DNA from: Balanoglossus misakiensis
Lineage: Eukaryota; Animalia; Hemichordata
Assembly: GCA_040954595.2 (NCBI GenBank)
Contig: CM082581.2
Span: 4,890,699-4,954,698, forward strand
Length of the DNA stretch: 64,000 nt
Direction: 5' to 3'
Below, piece by piece: positions 1-13,100 of this stretch. The stretch's first letter is position 1; every line of letters begins with the position of its first letter. The notes under the pieces were generated by a model. That model had not been told where the DNA came from. It did not search any database and saw nothing but the letters and a program-made list of their open reading frames with translations. The position numbers and the translations under genes are program-made.

Positions 1-1306
1 TCACTTTGTGATGGCCAAATCCATGAATTTAAACTCACTAAATTTGCCATAAACGCCTGAACAGTGAAATTCAATCTCACCAAAAATTAACGACATTTTG
101 TGCCATTTTAATTATTCCTGATATACAATCATGTAAATATGTTACAAAAAATGTGCCTGTCAAAAAAATTCTTATGGGATAACTCATGCATTGCATACAC
201 CATTCTTGGAACATAGATCTTTGAAATTTGGGATCTCTTAATTAAATACAATTGCAAAGTTTTATGTGACCTACAAATTATCGTCTCGGCAACTTGCAAA
301 GGTGTATCATCAACCATTTCCTAAACAATTGTTACATTTTTTTAAACACTGGTACTGTGCAATTTTACATTGAGTATAACTCAGGCAAAGCCATTGGCAA
401 CACCTGGAATTCACATAAGATAATTCACATAAGATAATGTTCTGATGTTGCCTTGGTAACACAGAGCAGAGAGTCCACAACAAGACTGACAGCATCGTGA
501 GTAGACTCTCAACCATACTGTATTCTATCGCAAAATAAAGTAAAATATCTATGCATCGTGTTCATGTATGCTGACAGTTCCACCACACAACAGTGCATTT
601 TTCCATGCCTGTTTCACATGTTTATCAGGTGACAATAACAAGAAACTGCTCTTATATCTTGCATTCACATGTTGATCCAAAACAGAAATGCTAGTTAGAC
701 TGCAGGTGCAGTAAATTGAAAACTATCCCAGCATGTAGAGGTACAAATACCATACTACCATGTACTATTTCTGTAGTATAGGATTACATGTATATGCCCG
801 AAGGCTAGTGAACAAATTTGCCCTTTTCCAAATGGCAAGTAGGCGAAGACATTTTCTGGCATTTCTCAAAACAATGTTCACCATGGGCAATTCATGCATA
901 GTTTAACTTCATTTTTTTCCTAATGATTAAGGCTGATCTCCAGCTCTGTGTCTTACGTGCACATCCTCTCATGCACATGATTGCAAAGGTCGGGCTTTCT
1001 CAAACATGACTCAATGTCTTATGGATGAGATGTTTAATTCATTCCTTTGTAAATGGAGAGTAAAGCATGCGATACACTGCCCAAATGACTGGAATGATGA
1101 GTTTACCTACGAGTTTGGAAATACAACCCAAAGAACTGACATGGTAGTTCTTTTAAACAGTAGGCACACACAAGGCAAAGTATGACACCACTTTGAGGGG
1201 ACAGAAAGCAAGATATCACGATGATTCACAAAGTCCAGGCATGAGAGGAAAAATCAGACAGACACACAGATACATGTAGATAGACAGACATTGAAGGCTG
1301 TCTTAC

Positions 1307-4300
1307 CAGTATCAATACTGGACCGATGCACTCTTATGCCGAGACTGCTTTGTCTCACTGATTTCATGCCACTACGACCACCGTCACCGCAACTGGCAGG
1401 CTCACCCTCTGTAGCTACATGTTCTAATGACAGCAATGAGATCATATGACTCATGAAATGAATGCTTTACCTGAGAGAGGATCCTATGCATGTATTGGTT
1501 GCGAATTTTTTATGATATGATCCCAAACTTACCTCCCTGAAGGTAGTCATCTTTACACTGGGTCAATAAATTCATCAACCACTGCAGCTGGTGTCGAATG
1601 CAATCCCATGCCGGATCACCATTATACTCCAAATCAACCAGATACCTGTGATCACAAAATAATGTGGAATAAGACCAAGGCTTTGGATCTTCACTATGGC
1701 CGACTATAGAAGTCTTTTCAAACAAAAATTTTGATACAGTGAAATTTTATTTAGCCAAGCATATTACACCTGTGTATTTTTTAATGAATATGGTGGGGGG
1801 GGGGGGGTGAGAGAGATACAAGAGCTGTATACAATACCTCTTATTAAAAAAAATGTCAATTTTCAATGGTGGATGGACAAGGTACATTGTACCTTATGAT
1901 TTTTGTTTTGAAATTCATGACACTTAGGTGATACGCTACATAGAACTTACCGAATGATCTTCTTTTGGTCTTCCAGTGTTGCTGGCAAATCCTTCAGTTC
2001 TTCTTGTAACTGCTTTCTCAGCTCACTCACTCGGCTCTCCACCTCCATGTAAACTGTTTTAGAAGAATAACCAAGATTATAAACTTCAAGTTGGCTTTGT
2101 TTTAAAATCAATAAATATTCACAGGTGACTTTATGTAGATTTACCTTTTTTAAATACCTGTACCTCTGTGTTGGCAAAGAGTGATTTGGCTCTCTCATAG
2201 TCATTCACAACAATTTCATAATCTCCCTGAAAGAGAGTCACAGATACACTTCATTAATCTTGTAACATTAGAAAGCTGCGTGCACAAGAGAATGCGAGTG
2301 ACAATACTACATTTGTATTCACATCAACATCACGAAAACGATCAATTGCAAAGTACACCAGCACTTAAACCACACACATCTTGCATGAATGAAATTTTAA
2401 AAAGTTCCTAAAACCTCCCAGATGTATAGTTATCAGTTCGACCATACAAACAAATAAAATCATCACATTATAACATCACAATTTTATTCTACATTTGTAA
2501 TTGAAACACCACCACGAAATGGTCCACTCCACTACAAAGAGTGACTTACCTTTTGAATATTTCTTTCCATGTTTATCGGTAAGTTGAAAAGAAATTTAAA
2601 TCTATGAAGAACATTTAGTGCATTTCTAGTAGAATCTGCTTTATCCTTCCTATTGAGAACATCTTCAAATAATATGGTAGCGTTCTTGTTGCATTCTATC
2701 AATCAAAAGATAAAATTATTGAATATCTTTAGTGTCATGATAAAGACACAACCAACAGATTATAGTCAAGGTAAAGCCAAATATTTTCATTTCATAAAAT
2801 CATTCTTATCACAAATTATCCAATTTCACTGTTGCTGACTTTTTATTGAAAGCAAAAATGACAAAGGTTTAAGCCTTTGATAGTTGGCAATAAGAAATTT
2901 ATTCCTGCTTGTGCACGTAGCATAATGGCTTTCTGTGAATGAGTTGCTGAAGTTATGCAAGAATTATTCTCAAATGATGGTAGCAACTAGCACCCTGCCA
3001 CCACTTTGTGCTATACCATCACATCTATACTGCTTTTGTTTGTTACATACATGCAATTATTTACTTACTTTCTAAATTGGTTTGCAGATTTTCACAGATG
3101 GATGGACTGCCCAAAACATCATCCTCCACCAACTTGTTATGCATTGCTGAAATCAAGAATAGCATTTCAAATTCAACGTCAAAATGCAGATCAAGACACT
3201 GAACAAAACACTTAAAATTTGCCCAATGATGACTGATTATAGCGCCCCCAGTGTCCAGAACTACACATGGTAAACGTCTTTTCTTTTTGGAACACTTTTT
3301 GACATATCTCGCATATGATACAGGATGCTTTCTTTCTTAATTCAAGAGTTGTGTTCTCTACTGTTCAATGTCCATCGGCTAAGGCTAGGAAATATATATT
3401 CACAAAATAGACGACTTGTTTGGTTACCTGTCAGAGATTCTTGGCAATCCATGAATGCACTAACGTTGGCTTTCATGAATGCTAATGGTCCCTCTGATCT
3501 CTGGGCTGAAGTTCTCTTCAAATAATTCAACCCGGCTTTTAAATCCACAAAGCTATTGACAAAACAAAAAACGATAGTGTTAGCATAATTGCAAATAGCA
3601 GTAATTGCACACACAATTTTGCCCCCTTGGTACCTTTCTACTGTAAACCAAAACACTTTTTACACATGCATGCATATATGCATTGTCATGTTGGGTATAT
3701 GCCAAGAAAAGAATGATTACATTGTACCAATAATCACAAACCTTGTTCCTTGGTGGTTTTCTAGAAGAAATCTTGCTGGGATAAAGTCTTCTGCAGTGAT
3801 ATCACCACTACCTATAAATGAGTGATAGACGGCAATGGCTTAAAATCTGCATATTGAAACTCACAGACAAACTAAAAGTTGATTAGTGGAAATGGTCTTC
3901 CATGATTCCCATGTTACTGTACGTAATTTCAGTTCATTATTCCCATCTACAGCACACATTATGCCTGAATCAACTCGCAATTTTCCTTTGTTACATAATT
4001 ACCAATCATATATTTTGTAAACCACTAGCTGCAGGGAAAGTGAACATACTGTAACATTTGAATGACATAACTAACATACACCATACACTTTATATATACA
4101 CTATATGTGTTCATATTGCACTGGTATCCTCTATGCCTACATATGATATGTTCATACCTTGTGGAAATAGTTCTGCAAGTTCATCAATTGCAAGGGTGGC
4201 TCTGAAAAATCAAAACAAAACACAAACATTCAATCATCTTTTAGTGTGATTACACTTACTTGTAACTGAATTGCGATAAAAAATATCAAACTGTACTATA

Positions 4301-5377
4301 AAAGGGATGCTTCATACAGTTCTCCGATAATATTTGCTATTAAAATGTGTATACGAGCCAAGCCCCCTTCACAATCAGCAGTATAGTGAAGCATTCAGAG
4401 AATAAATTTACCTTTTTCCCTCGTCAGCTAACCCAAGTGGATTATCATCTTCCACCTGTGTTGGTGATGATGGTCTATGTACAGTTGACAATCTGGATTC
4501 AGCGATACGAGCCTCGTCTATCCAGATAGCAGAGCCTTGTAATGGTCCTATTTGCAAGAGAAATAATGTCAGTGTTTAAAAAGCATGATTATTTCAGCTG
4601 TACTCCATGGAGTTAACATCATGTACCCAGTGTGCCCTCTAACAAACATAATTTTTAAGACTCCACTCGATTGTTTACTAAGTTATCAAATTTAGCCTAC
4701 CTTTAACACATATCTCAGAGGAGCACAATACAAGGTCCTCACCTACTGGCAGTTAACTGTTTCAAACGTGACTAACTGTGATCAGATAAACGCACTACAT
4801 GTATTGAAGTTTCTATATGCTTCTTTTACCATACAAATACTTACCAACTTGCACAAAATAACCTGTGAAAGTAACAGTCGATGTTCCAACACCGGCAGAT
4901 TTGGTCTGCACAATGACATCACCCTTGCCTTTCACTGGTCCAGTTCTACAGATGATTTTACTCGGAGAGATCCACTCTGCTGACAGTAAACAATTCACTT
5001 CACATATTGTCAAGCCTAGAAATACAAGTATAGTTCAATGTAAGTGTTTTAGATTTGAAATAGCTTTCATCAATATTTATAAGATAGATTCAAACAAATT
5101 CATACCACCCTAAGGCATTTAAAAAAATCAACATTTTTGATTCCTTAACAAACTTTTGCTTGATTAGATATTAAAACACATGCATGTTATATTTTGAAAC
5201 ACCAAATACTGCTGACAGAGGCAAAACGGACAAATCTCTGTATAATTAACTTCACTGACCTATGAGGTCTCTAGCATTGATACCAAGATTTTCCCCACGA
5301 ATAGTAACTTTAGTCCCTGGTGGCCCTTCTTTTGGTGATAATCCAGTGACTTTAGGAGGTTCTCTGTTTCTCTTCAT
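1307..5377 (-). CDS. EXOC2: Exocyst complex component 2 (Sec5), 5' part; gene continues beyond the left edge
   Basis: ATG at 5377. Spliced GT-AG exons give [58 protein letters not shown] (IPT/TIG domain), [42 protein letters not shown] and [17 protein letters not shown], all Sec5 signatures. Exons approx. 5260-5399, 4845-5016, 4412-4548, 4158-4201, 3741-3811, 3428-3552, 3069-3146, 2550-2695, 2145-2226, 1951-2054, 1533-1645, 1307-1423. A probable 5'UTR exon has its donor near 6181. Confidence 0.96.
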
Positions 5378-6181
5378 TGTGTAAGTGGATCCCTGATCCC
5401 TGCAGGGAAAAATGGGTTGCTACTGTTATTGTGAGTTTAGAGTTGATTACCGGTTCCTGCCAGGGGTGTGACATGTGAACCTGCCAAGTTGTTTAAAAGC
5501 GGTGTTGCACCCCCTTTTCCATTTAAACCAATTTTGAATGTCTTGGCAAGGATGATGGGTCACAATCATACTAGTATACTACAAAACACGACGATTCGTA
5601 GACTGCCTTCTTGTCTGGGGCTTGCAAGTTGCACTCTCTGATCAAAATATCGATGACACCCTGTCCTTCAGCTCGGGCATCACCAATCTATATTTTAGTC
5701 AGAGATATTTCCTCGTGCCGGTTACAAATTATGAAACTGCCCTTGCTAACATGATTTATTATTTAACAATCAAAACCTGATATAGCCTTCAGTGTTCCAT
5801 CCAGGATGGCATCAATGAATACATGCCTACGAGTGTGGCAAGTGTCTCTGGCAATGACGTGTATTGGTCCATCAGCCACACCCCCTTTGAGTTTGAGACG
5901 ACAGGGTCATCATAGTGTCAGACCATGGTCAGACTCAGAGAAAGTGTGCGTTGAACATTAAATTAATTCTCGCTGCGGTGCAGCAAGTTCGAGAAATTAA
6001 TTCGCCGCTATCGGTTTATTGAGAACCAGTTCATCATCGTCATGTCTTGTCATCAATGTCTGAGTCATACATACACAAAAATTATCGTTTGACACTTGAC
6101 ACAGACAAGTTAGGAACACAAAACCCACATCACTCTCGTGTAACCGTTCGCCAATAATGAAACTGAAAGTGAACTACTCAC

Positions 6182-7198
6182 CCCTAAGCAAAAACGTCCT
6201 GAAAGTGACCAAAATGGCTTATCAAGTGACCATGGAAACGGGTTTAATCAGGAATCTACATACTATGCCTTGTTTTCAGTAAAACTGAGCGGAAGTAGAA
6301 ATTCGCGGATATAGATTTTTCAGATTCGCATTCAAATTCAGATTCAAAGGACGGGATCACCCGGGGGTTCTCTCCGAGGTTACTGGGTCGAAATCCAGTT
6401 TTACATGTACAGGTAGACTGTCATCAGTCGCTCACCCCTTCTCTGTGTAAATTAGCGACGCCAGTGCTTCGAAAAATTAGAAAGTAGTCATTACATGTAT
6501 TTACGGCCGGGGCAGTCGGATGCGTAACTTGAGGGGCCTCTCAAAAGCACAGGTCGCACCGTAGTCTCGGTTACCCAGACGCCAGCGCTTCTCTCAACTA
6601 TGGTGCGACCTGTGCTCAAAAGGGGAAAGCTGGAAGGGTGTGCCTTAAAAGCTAAAGAGATCAAAATAAAACCCACATTTATGCATTCTTAAGGACCATA
6701 TTTCTATTTAAAAAAAGTTTACATTTTGCTACTTGCGACAGCATCGTTATGCTTTCCCCACTGCACTGTCTATTGTACGAAAGTTGCAGTGGCTGACTGT
6801 GATGTGACACCCCCGGTCAGATAAAACGTTGGCATCAGAATCGTTTTCTTACGAATCCGACACTGATTTCATGTAACCTTTGACACCATCATGGCGGCGT
6901 ACAGTGATGATAAGTGATGTTCAACGGAGGACTCTGTTTTTCATCGTTTTTCCTTATTCTAAGATTAAGTTATATGTCATCCACGTGACATTCTGCAACA
7001 ACTAAGGAAACACAGGTCCCGATTTCGACGTAATTTTGTAGTTTAAATTAGTTTGAATTTGTCGCGAGTACCGTGTGCACGTGTGTAGTGTTGTGTTTAC
7101 CCCCGGTGTTTACCTGTCTCTTGTGGACAGCTTCCAGTGAGAAGTAGCACTTGCGTCTCTTGTTTGTTCCACCTACGATTACGACTACGAATTGAAGA
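6182..7198. promoter_or_regulatory. Bidirectional promoter region shared by EXOC2 and INTS11
   Basis: Head-to-head genes about 1 kb apart. CpG-richer than the flanks, with an ETS-like CGGAAGT (~6290) and a YY1-like CATGGCGGC (~6890). Confidence 0.6.
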
Positions 7199-10100
7199 AT
7201 GGCGGAAATCAAGGTTGTGCCGTTAGGTAAGCATCACCGAAGGTCCAATGAATCACTCATAGAATGCATGGTATAAAACGCTCCCGCCCCTAGTCTACAG
7301 TTATGTCAATATGCAATGTTGAGAGTCGAGTACGATACTCAGTCATCATGACGAACTACCTGTTTAGCGAGCGCATTTAATTACATTATCGGTATCCACA
7401 GTCCACCCTTGACGTGATCGGAATGTCGCTAGTTCGGACAGAATTTTCAAACTTGAAGTTTTAATATAGATGTGGGAGGTGTTGTTCTCTCTATCCAAAA
7501 AATCAGTCAAGTTAGTTTGTATACAAAGAAAATTGGTGCAGGCAATTGATTTTGAATTTGAGTTTAATGAAAACATGTTTCTAACGGGATTTCCTTTTTT
7601 CTTTCTGTCCATGGTACAATTTAGGTGCTGGCCAAGGTAACTTTTATACTTATTCTTTGTGAGGACCCAGTCACTACTTCCTACGTACAGAGTGTACATA
7701 TTCCCATAAATTTAGCCCATTGCAACCAGCAGAATACATGCAGGCTTCATAACTATTATTTATGAGATCCTGGAAATTTGAACTGTTCCTGAAAAATCCT
7801 AAATGTATGTACAACAATCCTGAAATTAAATTGTTTTCGGTTTTCATTGCTGAAGATAATGCAAATATCATATCTTGTTTGTCTTGAGTAGATGTTGGCA
7901 GAAGTTGCATCCTAGTTTCCTTTGGTGGTAAGAACATCATGTTAGACTGTGGAATGCATATGGGCTACAATGATGAGGTAATTGTTGAAGACCCGTTGCG
8001 ATGTTACTTTTTGCATTATTTTCATGATTTTATTTTCAAACGTGTAGTACAAGGTGCAGGACATGATCAATATTATACTTCAATTTTCTGCATGTTGTAT
8101 TTTATCAAATACTAGTAATTATATCTATCTGAGCAAATGTTACACATCCATCTACATGTATTTTAATTGCAGAGGAGATTTCCAGATTTTTCCTATATAA
8201 CTAGGACAGGTACTCTCTCAGAACATCTGGACTGTGTTATCATCAGGTGAGCCCCACTTCTGATGATTGTTAATATGCTTTTTCTCCAGCAGTTTTGTGC
8301 ATAACATCACTTAATTAGGGACAAGACAGAAATCAGCTATGCTGGCTGGGGGATTACATTGGACACACCATTTCCTAGTGCATAAGATGAGTGTGGCACA
8401 AAAAGGTGTCATATAGGAATACACACCAAACCAAATTCCAACTGTCACTCACACTACAACTGTCACTCTTGCTTTGAACAAATGTGAAAAACTATTTGCG
8501 TATACTACAATGATGTGCTGAATTTTCTCAACTTCAGCCATGTATTACAGTAAAATCTGTGTAAACTGGTCATGCAAAGAGACTGAAAAAATGTTTGGTT
8601 TGTGAAGGTGAGTATTTGGCACTATGAGGGATTAGAGTAATTCATTTTAATTGAAATATCCTTTTCCTAATAGTAATCTTACCTTTCTTTTTGGTTTTCA
8701 GTCACTTTCATTTAGATCATTGTGGAGCTCTCCCATACATGTCTGAAATGGTTGGATTTGATGGTCCAATTTACATGACACATCCTACCAAGGCAATCTG
8801 TCCCATCTTACTGGTAAGCATGTGACAAGGTTCTGTCTTGTATCCATGAAAAATTTTCAAGATTCATTTCTTTTATCAGATGTTTTTTTGTTTCTGATTG
8901 TGTCACTTTTGATTGTTTATCTTACAGTCCATCATCAAACAGTAGCTGTAATTTTTGATGATGGACTCTAAGATAAAGGGACTCACTTTAAAGTTTGAGG
9001 GTATTGTAGACATATTGTTCACTCTATCATTTGACACAGAGTCATCTACAGAACCTGTTAAATATGAGTGTGTTTGGTACCAGTCTTTTTCTGATGTTTT
9101 AATGTTTTGTCTCTGCAGGAAGATTACAGGAAAATTACTGTAGAGAAGAAAGGAGAAACAAACTTCTTCACCTCACAGGTATGTAACCTTGCACATAGAG
9201 GAACATGGAAAATTCTTCTTTCACCAAAAAAACCACAAACCAAGAGTTCTACAGCCATTTTTTTCTTCTCTCATTATGCTGATTAAATTTCTCATCTTTT
9301 CAACAGATGATCAAAGACTGCATGAAAAAAGTTGTTGTTGTTAATTTGCATCAAACAGTACAGGTAAGTGTTATGTCACCATATACAGATCCATGAAGGT
9401 CGATTATATTCCACAAAAGAAGTTTTTTTTCAACCAATTCAAAATGGCTGTCCTATCATTATCAATTTACATAGTCGGCTGAAAACATGGTTTGACCCCA
9501 ATACCACTTCTCCATCTGTTGCAGGTTGACAATGAACTTGAAATCAAGGCGTACTATGCTGGACATGTACTTGGTGCGGCCCTCTTTCAAATGAAAATTG
9601 GATCCCAGTCTGTTGTCTACACAGTAAGTAAACAAAATGCTTGCTGAGATGTAGCAGTTTCACAAGATTGTATGTGACTAGTTTGTTTCTTTGCTAAAAC
9701 CAGATGCAAATTCCATGCAACAGTTGTACAATCATATTCATTGTTGATTTTTGTTTCTTTCCTTGATTTTCTTTGCAGGGTGATTATAATATGACACCAG
9801 ATAGACATTTAGGGTGAGTTCGCTCATTACCATTCACAACAATTTCGAAAATAAAATAAGGGTTTTGCCAGGGAGATATTCAAACAGGAATAAGGTTTCA
9901 ATATTATCTACCGGTAATTACAACAGACATAATACATGTTTCAAGAGAGAAGTCATAAGTATAATTAGTTAGGAAGTTTATTTCTTTTTCAACACGACTC
10001 AGACATCAAGCTATTACTTGTGGCTTTCTACTAAAATTGTCTGTTTCAAATTCCTTTCGTTGAATACTTATGTTTACAAAATATGAAGAAAATGCTTGTG

Positions 10101-13100
10101 TGATATTTTGTTTCAGGTCTGCCTGGATTGATAGATGCAGACCAGATCTGTTAATAACAGAATCAACCTATGCTACGACAATACGAGACTCGAAGAGGTA
10201 TGTATGGTTGTCGTTTGGCCATTTAGTACTTGTAGATGTAAATGTAGATAAGACTTTCATAGTCTGGAGTGATCATTAAAAATTTGACATTTTTTTCTTC
10301 TGGAAGGGACACATCCTCTTGTGTTGACATTTGCATTGCATGTTTTATTTTGTCTTACAGGTGTAGAGAACGAGATTTTCTGAAGAAAGTACATGAATGT
10401 GTAGAGAAAGGTGGCAAGGTCTTGATACCTGTGTTTGCACTGGGAAGAGCTCAGGAATTATGTATTCTCCTGGAAACTTTTTGGTGAGGATCTATGCATT
10501 GTTTATTTCTCTTACCTCGGCACAGGCATTGGAATACACCACAATGTGTACAGGAAAAAATACTCCAAAATGTTTACACTAGCTATATGAACTTAAATTT
10601 TGACTTTGTGTTTTATCAGGGATAGAATGAATTTGAAAGCCCCAATCTTCTTTTCTACTGGCCTAACAGAAAAGGTGAGACTTCATTACAGTACATGTTT
10701 TTAGTACATTTATACTTTGCTGAAATGGTGGCTTACTATCATTACGCCAAAAATAACATTTACTGCACATGATGTCACCATGCAGTTTGTATTTTGCTGT
10801 ACACTCACTGTGAAAACAAGAAGAGGCCGTTCTTGCCTCCCACAAATGAGTTTGAAAACAATTATACCTGTATGTAGTTACATCTGAATATAATTTGTTT
10901 TTCACATTCCAGTTCGAAACAAAGAATTTTTAGTTAAATGTGCTATTTGTGTTGTTTTTGTTTGAAGGCAAATCATTACTATAAATTATTCATCACATGG
11001 ACCAATCAGAAAATCCGCGAGACATTTGTACAGCGTAACATGTTTGAATTCAGGCATATCAAGGTAAGCATTTCTATTTGCTATAGAATGCAAACAGTGA
11101 CAGTTTTACTTTAATGTACAATCCTATATTTTGTACAAAAAAAGATATCCCATGCCTATAGGAAGTAGAAGATGTACATGAACTTATTTAGTACATGTAA
11201 TGTACTACATGTGTTAGAATATAAGACAATAATTTATTACATCTTTGGGTTAAACATTTGCACATTGACCTCCTTGTGACCTACATGTACATGTATGACA
11301 TCATTCAGAAGTTTCTTCTAGTTCAAAAGTTTAATAGAGTCGGACTACCCTATATCAATCAAGCTTTCCTCTCTTGTAGTAAATGTGTGCATGCACATCA
11401 AAACATGTAATGCCACCCACACAAATCATTATCAACATACATGTACTAATGTACTTGCAAATTAACAGAATACTGTGTATAGATACAGCTCTGTACGTAC
11501 ATATACATCTATGTAATGCATTCGTTCTCCACACTCCAAACAGCCATTTGACAGAGCTTATGCAGACAACCCAGGCCCTATGGTGGTCTTTGCAACACCG
11601 GGAATGTTGCACGGTGGACTCTCGCTGCAGCTCTTCAAGAAGTGGGCGCCCAACGAAAAGAACATGGTCATCATGCCGGGCTACTGTGTTGCTGGAACAG
11701 TTGGACACAAAATATTGAATGGGCAGAGGAAGATTGAACTGGAGACCAGACAGGTTGTGAGTATCTCATAGTTTCCAGCAAGAACTCTAGAATCTACTGT
11801 TGCTTGGTTATAATCAAAAACATGTATGCCTGTCCTGGCACAGTTTTGTATATTGTTACATTTTCTGGAACAGACCTATCCCTAATGCAATTGCTGCATT
11901 CAACCTTGTTATGAAAACACTCAGTATAATCTCAGGCTTTGTTTGAGTTGCAAATTGAAAAATTTAACCTGTCTCTTCGTTTTCAGATTGATGTGAAGCT
12001 TTCAGTGCAGTATATGTCATTCAGGTAGATATGATTCAAATTTTATAAGCAGTATATTGTTAATTTAAAACACTGTATTTTAAACGTGAAGCTGCACACT
12101 TCATTGTGCTGTTGTTGAAATTGATAAAGTCACAAATGCATGATTTGATGACCGATAAACAAAAAACTGAACAGACATTAAAGTGGAAAGTTATCAAAAT
12201 TTTAACTTTCAGAGGACAGTTATGATGTAAACAAAATTGTAATATTCTGATGCTTTCATTCACATTCACATCCCCTTTAATCTTCTATTTCCAGTGCACA
12301 TGCTGATGCCAAGGGAATCATGCAGTTGATCAGGCAGTGTGAACCAAGGAATGTAATGCTTGTCCATGGTGAAGCAAGGAAGATGGAATTCCTCAAGCAG
12401 AAGATCACACAACAGTTTGGTAAGATGATCCTGTACATGTACTACGCTATCCGGTGAATGAACCTAAAGCTCAAATCTCCAGTGAATGAGACCAACCGTT
12501 TCAGATGCTAATCATCCCACCTAATAGTAAAAGTAACAATATCGGTGACAATCTGCTGGGATACATTTCACTTGCTGGCATATTTTATTCAACAGTTCAT
12601 AATGATCCTAGTACTTATTCCAGAGATTGAGAATTTGTGCTTGTCCTGTTGATATCAAGCAGTAACCTTATAAAATCATTGTATCTGATGTCTGTGTACC
12701 AAGATTTCATTAAATATTGATATATTTTTCATCCATTTCTGTGTTACTAGGGATTGATTGCTATATGCCAGCCAATGGGGAGAATGTTGCCATAGAAACA
12801 CACTCCAATATAGCGGCTGATATTTCTGTCAGTTTACTGAAGAGGAACGCAGCACTTGCAGGTACGGTCTCTTTGTGTACAATTGTATTCTACCAAATCT
12901 TTGTGTGTGTAGCAGGCTGAGTGACTGGGCTGCTCACAGGCGTTTTACAAAAGCAAGATGGCGGTGGTCGGTCACATGATCTGTTGTTCTGTGCCACCTA
13001 GTGATGCTTTGGAGAAGGAAAGTCCCATCCAGAATAAACATGGCTTGTTTGAAAGATGCATTGATGTACACAGGGCAGTAAACTACGGTGTGATAAAAGC

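Noticed and set aside
310-525. Possible extra or alternative EXOC2 exon (EYSMVESLLTMLSVLLW...)
   Set aside because: A phase-compatible acceptor exists, but there is no convincing donor and no recognisable Sec5 similarity.
1471-1483. 13-nt AG/GT-flanked segment in an EXOC2 intron
   Set aside because: It would shift the frame and leave an upstream intron of only ~49 nt.
6640-6680. TGCCTTAAA start resembling U12 snRNA
   Set aside because: The similarity stops after 9 nt, and there is no Sm site or U12 stem pattern.
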